Origin: Obrimoposthia wandeli
Taxonomy: Eukaryota
Assembly (NCBI GenBank): GCA_977020255.1
Contig: CDROCS010003649.1
Location: forward strand, 62,001 to 126,000
Reading direction: 5' to 3'
DNA: 64,000 nt
Both the position numbers and the translations under genes were made by a program. Below are positions 9,767-20,021 of the stretch, piece after piece (within the stretch, counting starts at the first letter, position 1; each line of letters starts with the position of its first letter). The notes under the pieces are model-generated. The model did no database searches. It saw nothing but the letters and a program-made list of their open reading frames with translations, and was not told the DNA's origin.

Positions 9767-11380
9767 TTAAGGTGATAATGAGTAATAAGCTTTTTTAGCC
9801 GCACTCGAATAAAACAGTAAAACAGTGCTCCCTGGTTTTAACACCAAAGGTGCAGTACCGACAGTAGCAACGGGAGAACTAGCGATATTACTCATCGCGA
9901 CGGAATCAGAAGTCAATGCATCTACGTCAATCGCATCTGTGTCTGTCGTGCTTGTCGGGTCAGGGTCAGCAATATCAACGCCAATGGTATCTATCCCATC
10001 TGCCAGCGCTGTTTTCGACGGTGGCAAACTCAAGCCGTTATCCGTCTCACTCGCCTTACCCACCATCTCATCATTAATACTTGCAGTCGCATTGACTAAT
10101 TCAAGCGGCACTTGCCCTGATGCTAGTAACCCTGGCACCACAGGACCGATATCAGTAACAGGCGCTGTATCTGTCACTGAAAGTCCCTGTGTTAACGTCG
10201 GTTGCTGTAAGTAATACGTCCCAGCATCTAATTCTACACGTTGTACTTGAATACTCGCTGGTAACATATTCCAACTGCGTACATCAGCCATTTCACTGAT
10301 CATACTGGTAATGTTCAATAACAAGGTCGCTAATCCGTCCTCGTCTTTTTTCTTCACTTCATGCAATGCGGTTTGCTTGATAATAACCCGCGCTAATGCC
10401 GCAGCATAAATCGCGGCCGATTCAGCATCAAGATCAGCACGTGCTAATAAGTTTACATCATCAAATATTTCAGTTTCGGCGGTTTTACCCAACACAGTAA
10501 AACGCCAAGGCGTGGGCTTAACATATTTATCAGTATAATAAGGTAATGCCAACGAAATGTTATAACCCAGACTCGGTGCATAAACACTTAAGTAGCGTTG
10601 CTGCTTAGCTGAGACCACACCACCCCAATACACTAATACTAGCTGGCTTTTACTTCGATCAACTGCTTTTACGTCTCGACCAAACTCTTTGACAAATTTT
10701 TCATGTTCCGATCTAAGCCCCAACTGCTTCGACGCCAGTAATAAGCTGTCTTGCAATACATTGGGGATCGAGACTTTACTGGTCTGCATGATTTGATACG
10801 CTTGGCGATAACTGATCATGGCATTATCGGTTTCATCGCCAAGTTCATACACCAAACCACCCAAATAATAGCTACTTGATACTAATCCTGATAGCCCGTT
10901 ATCCGGTAAGCTTTTGGCCAGTTCTTGCATTTGCAATACTTCAACCCGCGCACCATCAAGATCATCCTCCATCAAATAAGAGAGGATCAATAATTGCTGT
11001 AATAACATCCGCTCACTGGCGGTACTGGTATAACTGCGTAGGGTTTCATTAACCGTGACCGCACCAATATTTTCGCTAACACTTAACGCCTGCAGTTGGG
11101 TAATTTCCGCTTTCGCAGCCTGCAATTCATTAATGCCACCAGCAAAATCACCGTTCACAGCACGCAATAAACCGAGTGTAAGTTTATATTGGGCAAGATC
11201 ACGTTCCGGGTATTCCCGTTGCGCAACTTCAGCCAATACTTGACTCGCATTACCGTTATCTAGTGTTTGCGCTAAATCATTGAGTTGATGCTGCTGCATT
11301 GAGCAACCTTGCAACAAACTAAATCCAATAATAGCGAGATAACGGCGCGAACGTAAAAATGTTAATACAGCTTTCATCAC
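9767..11380 (-). CDS. COG3014-like lipoprotein with TPR-like helices and an acidic low-complexity insertion
   Basis: Lipobox LLQGC; VGAVTVNETLRSY, DNAMISYRQAY and ADVRSWNMLPASIQ motifs typical of this family. Confidence 0.7.
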   Translation of the reverse strand: MMKAVLTFLRSRRYLAIIGFSLLQGCSMQQHQLNDLAQTLDNGNASQVLAEVAQREYPERDLAQYKLTLGLLRAVNGDFAGGINELQAAKAEITQLQALSVSENIGAVTVNETLRSYTSTASERMLLQQLLILSYLMEDDLDGARVEVLQMQELAKSLPDNGLSGLVSSSYYLGGLVYELGDETDNAMISYRQAYQIMQTSKVSIPNVLQDSLLLASKQLGLRSEHEKFVKEFGRDVKAVDRSKSQLVLVYWGGVVSAKQQRYLSVYAPSLGYNISLALPYYTDKYVKPTPWRFTVLGKTAETEIFDDVNLLARADLDAESAAIYAAALARVIIKQTALHEVKKKDEDGLATLLLNITSMISEMADVRSWNMLPASIQVQRVELDAGTYYLQQPTLTQGLSVTDTAPVTDIGPVVPGLLASGQVPLELVNATASINDEMVGKASETDNGLSLPPSKTALADGIDTIGVDIADPDPTSTTDTDAIDVDALTSDSVAMSNIASSPVATVGTAPLVLKPGSTVLLFYSSAAKKAYYSLSP

Positions 11381-11386
11381 AACCTA

Positions 11387-11989
11387 TTAATAACGTAGTT
11401 TACCGTTAGACACTAATTTCTTCAGTTTCTTCTGACCTACCCATACCTTGCGATTGTCCGCTAGGCTGATTAGGCTTAAATCAACTTGGTAATAACGTAC
11501 TTGTTCGCTATCTGCAGTGTCAATAATGGTATTGATCTGACCTTTCAAAATAAAGTCAGCACCTTGTTCTTGGCCAGCTGCGTTACGTGTTGATTCAGTT
11601 GAATTTAAATCTTGGTCAATACGTTCTTCACGGATCTCAGAACGCTCGTCACTTGATGCGACAAACTCAACTTGGCCGCTATTAATTAACTCGCGTTCCA
11701 TTTCATTAACAAAGGTCTTAGTATTGATGTGTTCATGGCTTAAGTTACGTACTGTACCGACAATCACTGACGGCGGTTGACCCGTTTTAGCAGTGAATTT
11801 GTTATACCAAGGACGTGCTAGCACATCACTGATCATTTCTTCCGCCACCATTTGTGAATCAGTATCATTCCAAGCACCGCTTAAATCTACCGTTTGACCA
11901 GCATCAACACGCTCTACCGAGGTGCTACAACCTGTCGCTAATGTCGATACTAAGATCGACCCTAATACTAATTTTAACAACTTATTCAT
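11387..11989 (-). CDS. LpoB-like / COG3417 lipoprotein (CsgG-like fold)
   Basis: Lipobox LATGC; WNDTDSQMVAEEM, VRNLSHEHINT, GADFILKGQI, YYQVDLSLISL motifs. Confidence 0.8.
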   Translation of the reverse strand: MNKLLKLVLGSILVSTLATGCSTSVERVDAGQTVDLSGAWNDTDSQMVAEEMISDVLARPWYNKFTAKTGQPPSVIVGTVRNLSHEHINTKTFVNEMERELINSGQVEFVASSDERSEIREERIDQDLNSTESTRNAAGQEQGADFILKGQINTIIDTADSEQVRYYQVDLSLISLADNRKVWVGQKKLKKLVSNGKLRY

Positions 11990-12046
11990 TGATCATTTCC
12001 TTTTAAATTTAACCATATTTAAATTCATTTATGTCTAACAAGACAA

Positions 12047-12538
12047 TTACTGTTGCGGCGCTAATGCAGTTGCACGCTTAATCGCAGCATCCAGATCAGA
12101 TAGATCTAGTTCAGCAAACGCATAGATATCGCCATTATCTGGGTTTTTCCAACGACCGATAATTCTGACGCCATTCAACGCGAGTTTGGTTTTTGATTTA
12201 ATTTCACGTTCTACATTGGCACTGACTTCACCATTTGCTGCCGCCGTGTAATCAGCCTGCATCGCATCAACAGACGTTGCTAGAATACGCGCAACTTCAG
12301 CACGTGCGCGATTATCAGCGACAGACTTTTGTAAGGATTGGTCAGCGATGCCATTAGACATGCCGACACCGTGTAATAAACGCCCAGAATCATTATCAAC
12401 GGTTTGAGTACCGATATTCACCCAATCCGGTGCGCCACTAATATCCAGATCACTTTCAATGTTAGTTTGACTAGAACATGCTGATAATAAAGCCATTATA
12501 CCCGCTGCTACAGTTACTTTTAATGCTGTTGCTCTCAT
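12047..12538 (-). CDS. LPP20-family lipoprotein
   Basis: Likely start MRATALK; lipobox LLSAC; APDWV...ADNRARAEVAR. Confidence 0.75.
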   Translation of the reverse strand: MRATALKVTVAAGIMALLSACSSQTNIESDLDISGAPDWVNIGTQTVDNDSGRLLHGVGMSNGIADQSLQKSVADNRARAEVARILATSVDAMQADYTAAANGEVSANVEREIKSKTKLALNGVRIIGRWKNPDNGDIYAFAELDLSDLDAAIKRATALAPQQ

Positions 12539-12635
12539 AATTAACCTATCCCTAAAAAGTGTTAACATAATATATCGTATTATAATTGAAAATAGTATAT
12601 TGCCAAATATGCTCGCGCTACCTAATCGCAGTTAT

Positions 12636-12669
12636 AAAAAAACCAGACTACCTACCGATAGTCTGGTTT
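12636..12669 (-). terminator. Terminator after tsaD
   Basis: Minus strand aaaccagacta-tcggtagg-tagtctggttttttt. Confidence 0.7.
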
Positions 12670-12730
12670 ATTTTGTTCAAATTTACCCATTAAAGTAAAT
12701 ATGACAACTAAAAAATCAAATAGTTATGAC

Positions 12731-13774
12731 TTATATCGCATCCATTTGATCTAATGGCCAACGTGGTCGCGCGTTGATCTCTAAGCTGTCATCACCACCG
12801 TGACGTAAACGCTGCAGACCGGCATACGCGATCATCGCGCCATTGTCGGTACAGAATTCAATACGCGGATAGAATACTTCACCGTGATGCTTAGTCATCA
12901 TCTCAGCTAACTGAATACGTAAGTATTTATTCGCACTTACGCCACCAGCAACAACCAGGCGTTTAATACCGGTTTCTTTGATTGCACGTCTTAGTTTAAT
13001 TGAAATGGTGTCAACGACAGCCTCTTGGAATGCAAACGCGATATCTGCACGCGTTTGTTCATCAACGCCATCAGCACCAGCTTCTTCTGCTAATTTCTTT
13101 TCTTTCGCAATCGTATTTGCAGCAAACGTTTTTAATCCAGAGAAACTAAAATCTAAACCAGGGCGATCCGTCATTGGACGTGGGAACTTATAACGTCCAG
13201 CTACACCATTTTCAGCGAGCGCCGATAATCTAGGACCACCAGGGTAATCGAGACCCAGTAGCTTCGCTGTTTTATCAAATGCTTCACCAGCTGCATCATC
13301 AACTGATTCACCCATCAGCGTATATTGACCAAGACCATCAACACGTACTATTTGCGTGTGACCACCCGATACCAACATCGCTAAAAACGGAAAATCAGGT
13401 GTTTGCTCTTCTAGCATAGGCGCTAACATATGACCTTCCATATGATTTACACCTAACGCAGGGATATCCCATGCATAAGCGATACTACGGCCAACAGTTG
13501 CGCCCACCATTAAGGCACCGACTAAGCCAGGCCCCGTGGTGTAAGCAATACCGTCGATATCATCTTTCGTACAGCCAGCTTCGACCAACGCCGCTTTTAT
13601 CAGTGGAATAATTTTACGCACATGATCACGTGACGCTAATTCCGGGACTACACCACCATAATCAGCATGCAGTTTTACTTGGCTATAAAGTTGATGAGCC
13701 ATTAGCCCTTGTTCATCACAATAAATTGCAATGCCAGTCTCATCACATGATGTTTCTATTCCTATTACGCGCAT
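12731..13774 (-). CDS. tsaD: tRNA N6-adenosine threonylcarbamoyltransferase
   Basis: [29 protein letters not shown] motifs; divergent from rpsU. Confidence 0.98.
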   Translation of the reverse strand: MRVIGIETSCDETGIAIYCDEQGLMAHQLYSQVKLHADYGGVVPELASRDHVRKIIPLIKAALVEAGCTKDDIDGIAYTTGPGLVGALMVGATVGRSIAYAWDIPALGVNHMEGHMLAPMLEEQTPDFPFLAMLVSGGHTQIVRVDGLGQYTLMGESVDDAAGEAFDKTAKLLGLDYPGGPRLSALAENGVAGRYKFPRPMTDRPGLDFSFSGLKTFAANTIAKEKKLAEEAGADGVDEQTRADIAFAFQEAVVDTISIKLRRAIKETGIKRLVVAGGVSANKYLRIQLAEMMTKHHGEVFYPRIEFCTDNGAMIAYAGLQRLRHGGDDSLEINARPRWPLDQMDAI

Positions 13775-13993
13775 TTTATTTATTCACCTTAAACATGACT
13801 CGACAATAGTACCTGTGCAATGCCTTTTTCTCCAGCGCCAAATGATGCTTATTTCCCTAACGCTAAGTTATTAGTCTTTACATCTAATCGTGTTTTAGAG
13901 TACAATTCGACACCATTTTTATAGTATTGCTATAAAAATATTTTTAGGTTCCAGATAACTTGGAACCATTTAACCTATAGGTTGGAAGCAAAC

Positions 13994-14209
13994 ATGCCAG
14001 TAATTAAAGTACGTGAAAACGAACCGTTTGACGTTGCTCTACGTCGTTTCAAACGCTCTTGCGAAAAAGCAGGTATCTTATCTGAAGTACGTCGTCGTGA
14101 GCATTACGAAAAACCTACTACAGTTCGTAAACGTGCTAAAGCAGCAGCGTCTAAGCGTCTAGCTAAGAAACTGTCTCGTGAAAACGCACGTCGCGTACGT
14201 CTATACTAA
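13994..14209 (+). CDS. rpsU: 30S ribosomal protein S21
   Basis: [27 protein letters not shown]. Confidence 0.99.
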   Translation: MPVIKVRENEPFDVALRRFKRSCEKAGILSEVRRREHYEKPTTVRKRAKAAASKRLAKKLSRENARRVRLY

Positions 14210-14295
14210 TCCCAGATTAGTATAAATACTGTATGCATTTAGGCTTATCCCACAGAGCAAGTCTCTGACTTAATCTGCTAAAGATAATGCCTATG

Positions 14296-14330
14296 AACAA
14301 GCCGTGAACTCCTAGAGTCACGGCTTGTTT
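14296..14330 (+). terminator. Internal terminator between rpsU and dnaG
   Basis: aacaagccgtga-actcctagag-tcacggcttgttt; an equivalent terminator is known in the E. coli MMS operon. Confidence 0.7.
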
Positions 14331-14433
14331 GCTTTTCAACGCTCATAAAATTGATTACGCTAGTCTTATAACGATCACAGCACATAACTGATTCACCCAC
14401 ACTGGAATCATTTATTTACTGTAATTGTCATTA

Positions 14434-14461
14434 TAATAGTTAATAGTTAATAGTTAATAGT
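14434..14461. repeat. Tandem heptamer (TAATAGT)x4
   Basis: taatagt taatagt taatagt taatagt read directly, ending 32 nt before the dnaG ATG. Confidence 0.9.
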
Positions 14462-14493
14462 CAATCATCTTCATACTCATTAGTTAGGTACAT

Positions 14494-16233
14494 ATGGCCG
14501 GTAGAATACCTCGCGACTTTATCGATGGCTTGATAGGTCGAGCAGATATCGTTGATATCGTCGAAAAACGCGTAAAACTCAAAAAAGCAGGTAAGAACTA
14601 CCAGGCTTGCTGCCCGTTCCATAATGAAAAAAGTCCTTCTTTTACAGTCAGCCAAGATAAGCAGTTTTATCACTGCTTTGGTTGTGGTGCGCACGGTAAT
14701 GCCATCGGATTTTTAATGGAATATGACAATCTTGAGTTTGTCGAAGCGATTGAAGATTTAGCCGGTTTTTACGGTGTTACAGTACCCAGAGAAGAAGGTG
14801 GCAATAATAACGGCCCGACAGCACCCGAGCGTAAAGATTATTATGAACTACTCGAAAGTGTCACGCGCTTTTATCAGTATCAATTAAAAGAGCATCCAAA
14901 CAAAAAAGTTGTTAACGATTATCTTAAACAACGTGGTTTAACAGCTGAAGTAATTGCTAAATATGGCATTGGTTACGCTGCACCAGGTTGGGATAACGTC
15001 TTAAAACGCTTTGGCCGTGACAAACATACCGAAGAACAACTGCTCACCACGGGTGTATTAACCGAGAACGAAAATCAATCTCGTCGTTACGATCGTTTTC
15101 GTGAACGCGTGATGTTTCCGATCCGTGATAAACGCGGTCGTGTGATTGGTTATGGTGGTCGTGTACTCGGTGATGAAAAACCGAAATACCTTAACTCACC
15201 AGAAACACCTATATTCCATAAAGGCCAAGAACTTTATGGTTTATACGAAGTACGCCAAGCATATAAAGAGATCCCACAAATTGTTGTGGTTGAAGGTTAT
15301 ATGGATGTGGTTGCATTAGCGCAGTTTGGTATTGATTATGCAGTGGCATCATTAGGGACTTCAACGTCTGGCGATCAGATGCAGACCTTATTCCGTAATA
15401 CCAACGAAGTGATCTGCTGTTACGATGGTGACAAAGCTGGTCGTGATGCAGCCTGGCGCGCACTAGAAAATGCACTGCCGCAATTACGTGACGGTAAAGA
15501 CTTAAAATTTGTGTTCTTACCCGATGGTGAAGACCCTGATTCATTAGTCCGTAATCAAGGAAAAGACGCACTTGAGCAACTTTTTAAAGATGCCCAGACA
15601 TTACCAGACTTTCTATTTACTCGTTTAAGCCAAAACATTGAAATAAATACCGATGTCGGACGCAGTAAATTAGCCAGTCAAGCCAAGCCTTTAATTGAAA
15701 AAATGCCTGACGGTTTCTACCGCGGTATCGTATTAAAGAAACTAGCGCGATTCTTAGCCTGGGATGAAGCCAAACTAAATAAGCTATTTACCTCGGTCGC
15801 AACGGCGAAACCGATTAAAAAAGCGATCCAAATAACACCAATACGTCGCGCTATTGGTTTATTATTGCAAAATCCGCATATTGGTTTTAACCTACCAGTA
15901 TTCGATGATCTACCGCAATTAAAATTACCTGGTATTAATATTTTATTAAAATTGTTAGAACAAACAAACAATAGTGATCAAATAAGTACCGCACAATTAC
16001 TAGAATATTGGCGCGAGATGCCAGAACAGAAAGCACTGATAAAACTGGCTGTTTGGGATCATGGCGCAGATGACGCCGTCGAAGCTGAGTTTTTCGATAC
16101 TTTATTTGTTCTTTCCAAGCAAGTCATCGAACAACGTTTCAGTGAACTACAATTAAAATTAGCGCAAGGTGGTTTAACACAATCTGAGCGTTTGGAGTAT
16201 AAAAGCATTTTAGATGAATTAAAATCATCGTAA
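14494..16233 (+). CDS. dnaG: DNA primase
   Basis: CPFH...HCFGC zinc finger, KYLNSPET, VEGYMDV TOPRIM, DGD. Confidence 0.99.
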   Translation: MAGRIPRDFIDGLIGRADIVDIVEKRVKLKKAGKNYQACCPFHNEKSPSFTVSQDKQFYHCFGCGAHGNAIGFLMEYDNLEFVEAIEDLAGFYGVTVPREEGGNNNGPTAPERKDYYELLESVTRFYQYQLKEHPNKKVVNDYLKQRGLTAEVIAKYGIGYAAPGWDNVLKRFGRDKHTEEQLLTTGVLTENENQSRRYDRFRERVMFPIRDKRGRVIGYGGRVLGDEKPKYLNSPETPIFHKGQELYGLYEVRQAYKEIPQIVVVEGYMDVVALAQFGIDYAVASLGTSTSGDQMQTLFRNTNEVICCYDGDKAGRDAAWRALENALPQLRDGKDLKFVFLPDGEDPDSLVRNQGKDALEQLFKDAQTLPDFLFTRLSQNIEINTDVGRSKLASQAKPLIEKMPDGFYRGIVLKKLARFLAWDEAKLNKLFTSVATAKPIKKAIQITPIRRAIGLLLQNPHIGFNLPVFDDLPQLKLPGINILLKLLEQTNNSDQISTAQLLEYWREMPEQKALIKLAVWDHGADDAVEAEFFDTLFVLSKQVIEQRFSELQLKLAQGGLTQSERLEYKSILDELKSS

Positions 16234-16482
16234 TGGCTTGAAATATGATCCATTAAGCCCCATTTAAGATCTAACAAAAAGAGCCGAATTAAATCGGTTC
16301 AGAACGCTGAGTTGAAAGTTTTCGCCTAATATAACGTGATAACCGTTATATTTACGCGCATTTTGACCACAATAATTATACCAATAAGTAGAAAAAAGCA
16401 CCGTTTAGCACTATACTGCTTTGTTTGCGCAGTGCTTTTGCGTCTGTATCTTTGAACCACGTCACCGGAGTGGAAGTATTCT

Positions 16483-18315
16483 ATGGAATCCCCTCAATCA
16501 CAATTAAAACTTCTTGTAGCTAAAGGTAAAGAACAAGGTTACCTCACCTACGCAGAAGTAAATGATCATTTACCACAAGATATTGTGGATTCAGATCAGG
16601 TTGAAGATATTATTCAAATGATCAATGACATGGGTATTCAAGTGCTAGAAACTGCACCTGATGCAGATGACCTATTGATGGCAGAAAATACATCAGCACC
16701 TGATGAAGATGCCGCAGAAGCCGCAGCCGCAGCGCTGGCGTCTGTAGAATCTGAAATTGGTCGAACTACCGATCCAGTACGCATGTACATGCGTGAGATG
16801 GGTACCGTTGAGCTATTGACTCGTGAAGGCGAGATCAAAATTGCAAAACGTATTGAAGAAGGTATCTACGCTGTACAAACAGCTGTAGCAGAATACCCTG
16901 AAGCAATTAATTCGTTACTTGCTGAATATGATAAATTTCTTGCTGAAGAAACACGCTTAAGCGACATCATCACTGGTTTCATCGACCCAAATGCGGATGA
17001 TGTTGCACCAACAGCAACGCATATCGGCTCTGAAGTTCCAAAGAAAGAAGATGAGTCTGATTCTAGCGATGATGATGAAGAAGAAGAGGAAGAAGGCAAC
17101 AAAGGGCCTGATCCTGAAGAAGCAGCTGAAAAATTTGCCGAATTACGTAAATACCATGCAGCATTACTGAAAGGCATTAAAGATGACGGTTTAGAACACC
17201 CGAAAACGCGCCTACAAGTTGAAATGCTAAGTGAAGTATTCCGTACTTTCCGTCTGATTCCAAAACAGTTTGATCGCATTGTAAATAACATGCGTGACAT
17301 GATGGATCACGTACGTGTGCAAGAACGTCTTGTTATCAAGATGTGTGTTGAACACTGTAAAATGCCAAAAGCAGCGTTCGTTGAAGCATTTGCCGGTCAC
17401 GAAACTGACAGCACTTGGTTTGAAAAAGCACAACAATCAGCAGCACCTTATGCGCAAGCATTACAACGTATCGATTTTGACGTACGTCGTTGCATCAACA
17501 AGTTAAAATTAGTAGAAAATACGACAGGTCTGACTATTTCTCAGATCAAAAACATCAACCGTCGTATGAGCATTGGTGAAGCGAAAGCTCGTCGTGCGAA
17601 AAAAGAAATGGTTGAAGCGAATTTACGTCTAGTAATTTCGATTGCCAAAAAATACACTAACCGTGGTCTACAGTTCCTTGATTTAATCCAGGAAGGTAAC
17701 ATCGGTCTGATGAAAGCCGTAGATAAGTTTGAATACCGTCGTGGTTATAAATTCTCAACTTACGCTACATGGTGGATCCGCCAGGCAATCACACGTTCTA
17801 TTGCTGACCAAGCGCGTACAATTCGTATTCCAGTGCATATGATTGAAACAATCAATAAACTGAATCGTATTTCGCGTCAAATGCTGCAAGAGATGGGCCG
17901 TGAAGCAACGCCAGAAGAATTGGCTGAGCGCATGATGATGCCAGAAGATCGTATTCGTAAAGTATTGAAGATTGCTAAAGAGCCAATCTCAATGGAAACT
18001 CCTATCGGTGATGATGAAGATTCTCACTTAGGCGATTTCATTGAAGATACAACGCTTTCTTTACCAGTTGACGCTGCTACAAAAGATAGCCTTAAAGGCG
18101 CAACAGACGACGTTCTAGCAGGCCTAACAGCCCGTGAAGCGAAAGTTCTACGTATGCGTTTTGGTATCGATATGAATACCGACCACACTCTTGAAGAAGT
18201 GGGTAAACAGTTCGATGTAACGCGTGAGCGTATTCGTCAAATTGAAGCTAAGGCATTACGTAAATTACGTCATCCTAGCCGCAGCGAACAGCTACGTAGC
18301 TTCTTAGACGAGTAA
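16483..18315 (+). CDS. rpoD: RNA polymerase sigma factor RpoD (sigma70)
   Basis: Regions 1.1-4; [29 protein letters not shown]. Confidence 0.99.
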   Translation: MESPQSQLKLLVAKGKEQGYLTYAEVNDHLPQDIVDSDQVEDIIQMINDMGIQVLETAPDADDLLMAENTSAPDEDAAEAAAAALASVESEIGRTTDPVRMYMREMGTVELLTREGEIKIAKRIEEGIYAVQTAVAEYPEAINSLLAEYDKFLAEETRLSDIITGFIDPNADDVAPTATHIGSEVPKKEDESDSSDDDEEEEEEGNKGPDPEEAAEKFAELRKYHAALLKGIKDDGLEHPKTRLQVEMLSEVFRTFRLIPKQFDRIVNNMRDMMDHVRVQERLVIKMCVEHCKMPKAAFVEAFAGHETDSTWFEKAQQSAAPYAQALQRIDFDVRRCINKLKLVENTTGLTISQIKNINRRMSIGEAKARRAKKEMVEANLRLVISIAKKYTNRGLQFLDLIQEGNIGLMKAVDKFEYRRGYKFSTYATWWIRQAITRSIADQARTIRIPVHMIETINKLNRISRQMLQEMGREATPEELAERMMMPEDRIRKVLKIAKEPISMETPIGDDEDSHLGDFIEDTTLSLPVDAATKDSLKGATDDVLAGLTAREAKVLRMRFGIDMNTDHTLEEVGKQFDVTRERIRQIEAKALRKLRHPSRSEQLRSFLDE

Positions 18316-18344
18316 TTGAATCGTTAGATACTCTTCTGCATTAC

Positions 18345-18378
18345 AAAAACATCTGATGGCAACATCAGGTGTTTTTTT
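18345..18378 (+). terminator. Terminator after rpoD
   Basis: aaaaacatctgatg-gcaa-catcaggtgttttttt. Confidence 0.85.
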
Positions 18379-18566
18379 ATGCCTGCAATAAAATGAATAA
18401 TAATGTGCCTATTTATGAGCTCTAGCAGAACACGCAGTATCTTCGATGAATAATTGAACAGTTAGTTGGTTACTTGTCTAAGTTATTGAATATGACCTAG
18501 ACACACAGAAACTATACTTATATACTTTCTGCATCTTAAAGCGTCGTAAGAGCGTTTGAAAGATTA

Positions 18567-18643
18567 GGGCCCTTAGCTCAGTTGGTTAGAGCATCCGACT
18601 CATAATCGGCAGGTCCCCAGTTCAAGTCTGGGAGGGCCCACCA
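18567..18643 (+). tRNA. tRNA-Ile2 (anticodon CAU, lysidine type), ileX-like
   Basis: GGGCCCTTAGCTCAGTTGGTTAGAGC...ACTCATAAT...GTTCAAGTC...GGGCCCACCA; sits downstream of rpoD like E. coli ileX. Confidence 0.92.
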
Positions 18644-18651
18644 AATTTTAG

Positions 18652-18682
18652 AACACTTGATGGAAACATCAGGTGTTTTTTT
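18652..18682 (+). terminator. Terminator after tRNA-Ile2, near-copy of the rpoD terminator
   Basis: aacacttgatg-gaaa-catcaggtgttttttt followed by atgtctgcaataaa. Confidence 0.8.
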
Positions 18683-18970
18683 ATGTCTGCAATAAAGTCA
18701 TCCCAGTTTATTTCTGGTACTGGTGAATCATCTTCCCTTCCTTAGTATTACCTAAATAATCAGCAAGTCCTCCTCACCATAAATACCATTTAAAAATAAA
18801 ATAAGTCTAGTGACAGGAACGTCAAACACATTAATGCTCGGTACTGCCGCCGTCAGCAACAACTCATTAATGGAAAAGATTATCTGCAGGAATAATGTAT
18901 TGGAAAATAATTTAAGGCCTGACTAATACGGCAGACCCCTGTTATAAAATTGAGGCATTAATAAATGCCC

Positions 18971-19972
18971 CTAGTTTTTTACATTTGTACTTTCTCTCTC
19001 AATAAGAATGCCAGGTTCTAGTAAATATTCTTTTTCAGCATCAATATTATTATCAATTCGATTCATTAAGTCATCAACAGCACGCGCAGATATTTTACCT
19101 ATCGGTTGTTTAATTGTCGTGAGGCTGTAACTCAACCAAGATGACATTTCGATATCATCCACAGCTATAACCGCACAATCTTGTGGAATATGCACACCAG
19201 ATGCACGCAATCCATCCATCACACCTAACGCAAGAATATCTGTTGCACAGAATATAGCATCCGGATTTTCTGGTAATTTAATAATTTCATCCGCCGCTTT
19301 TAAGCCCGCATTAAAATTATATTTCGCATTTATATAGGCTGGAGTTGATGCGCCTCTTGCAGCTAATGTCCGAGAGAAGCCTTTCCAACGATAATCACTT
19401 GTTAATGTGCCAGGCTCACCACTAACATAAACCATTTTCTTTAAACCTTTGTCTAATAAATGATTGGCAGCTTGCTCACCAGCCAATATATTATCAAGAC
19501 CAACACTATTTGCATTTATGCCTTCGACATAACGGTTGATAAGGCAAAGATGAACACCGAATTTTTCACATTGAGCAAACGCGTGACTGGTCAATCGACT
19601 CGTTGCGATAATTAAGCCATCAGCTTGATATTCAATCGCTCTATTAATTGCACCATCAAGATCACCCTTTTGTATTGGGCTTAAAATAACTTGGCCATTA
19701 CGCTTTTGAACTTCTAAGGATAACGCTCGAACCTGAGCATCATACATAGGGTTGGATTCATCATCTAACGCAATAGCAATTAACCCTGAACGATTCGAAA
19801 TCAGACTCCGAGCAATTGCATTAGGTGAATAACCTAATTTTTCGGCTGTCTCTTTGACTATCTTTCTTTTTTTGTCACTAATGCTTGCTGTAGAGCTGAA
19901 AGCTCGGGATACCGTTGATTGAGATACGCCTAGCATTTTAGCGACATCTTTAGAGGTAACTTTAGGTTTAAT
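18971..19972 (-). CDS. LacI-family transcriptional regulator (probable ATT start at 19972; first ATG at 19936 lies inside the HTH)
   Basis: KVTSKDVAKMLGVSQSTVSRA HTH, YSPNAIARSL hinge, periplasmic-binding-like sugar domain. Confidence 0.9.
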   Translation of the reverse strand: MKPKVTSKDVAKMLGVSQSTVSRAFSSTASISDKKRKIVKETAEKLGYSPNAIARSLISNRSGLIAIALDDESNPMYDAQVRALSLEVQKRNGQVILSPIQKGDLDGAINRAIEYQADGLIIATSRLTSHAFAQCEKFGVHLCLINRYVEGINANSVGLDNILAGEQAANHLLDKGLKKMVYVSGEPGTLTSDYRWKGFSRTLAARGASTPAYINAKYNFNAGLKAADEIIKLPENPDAIFCATDILALGVMDGLRASGVHIPQDCAVIAVDDIEMSSWLSYSLTTIKQPIGKISARAVDDLMNRIDNNIDAEKEYLLEPGILIERESTNVKN

Positions 19973-20021
19973 AACGATTCTCCCTTAACAATTGATTATA
20001 TTTTTACTAACATTATCACAG

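Noticed and set aside
17035-17100. Acidic run [16 protein letters not shown] in RpoD
   Set aside because: Normal acidic loop of the sigma70 non-conserved region in gammaproteobacteria
18700-18960. Possible small ORF or gene remnant between tRNA-Ile2 and the LacI gene
   Set aside because: An open minus-strand frame of about 55 codons shows no recognisable motif and I found no convincing start or Shine-Dalgarno
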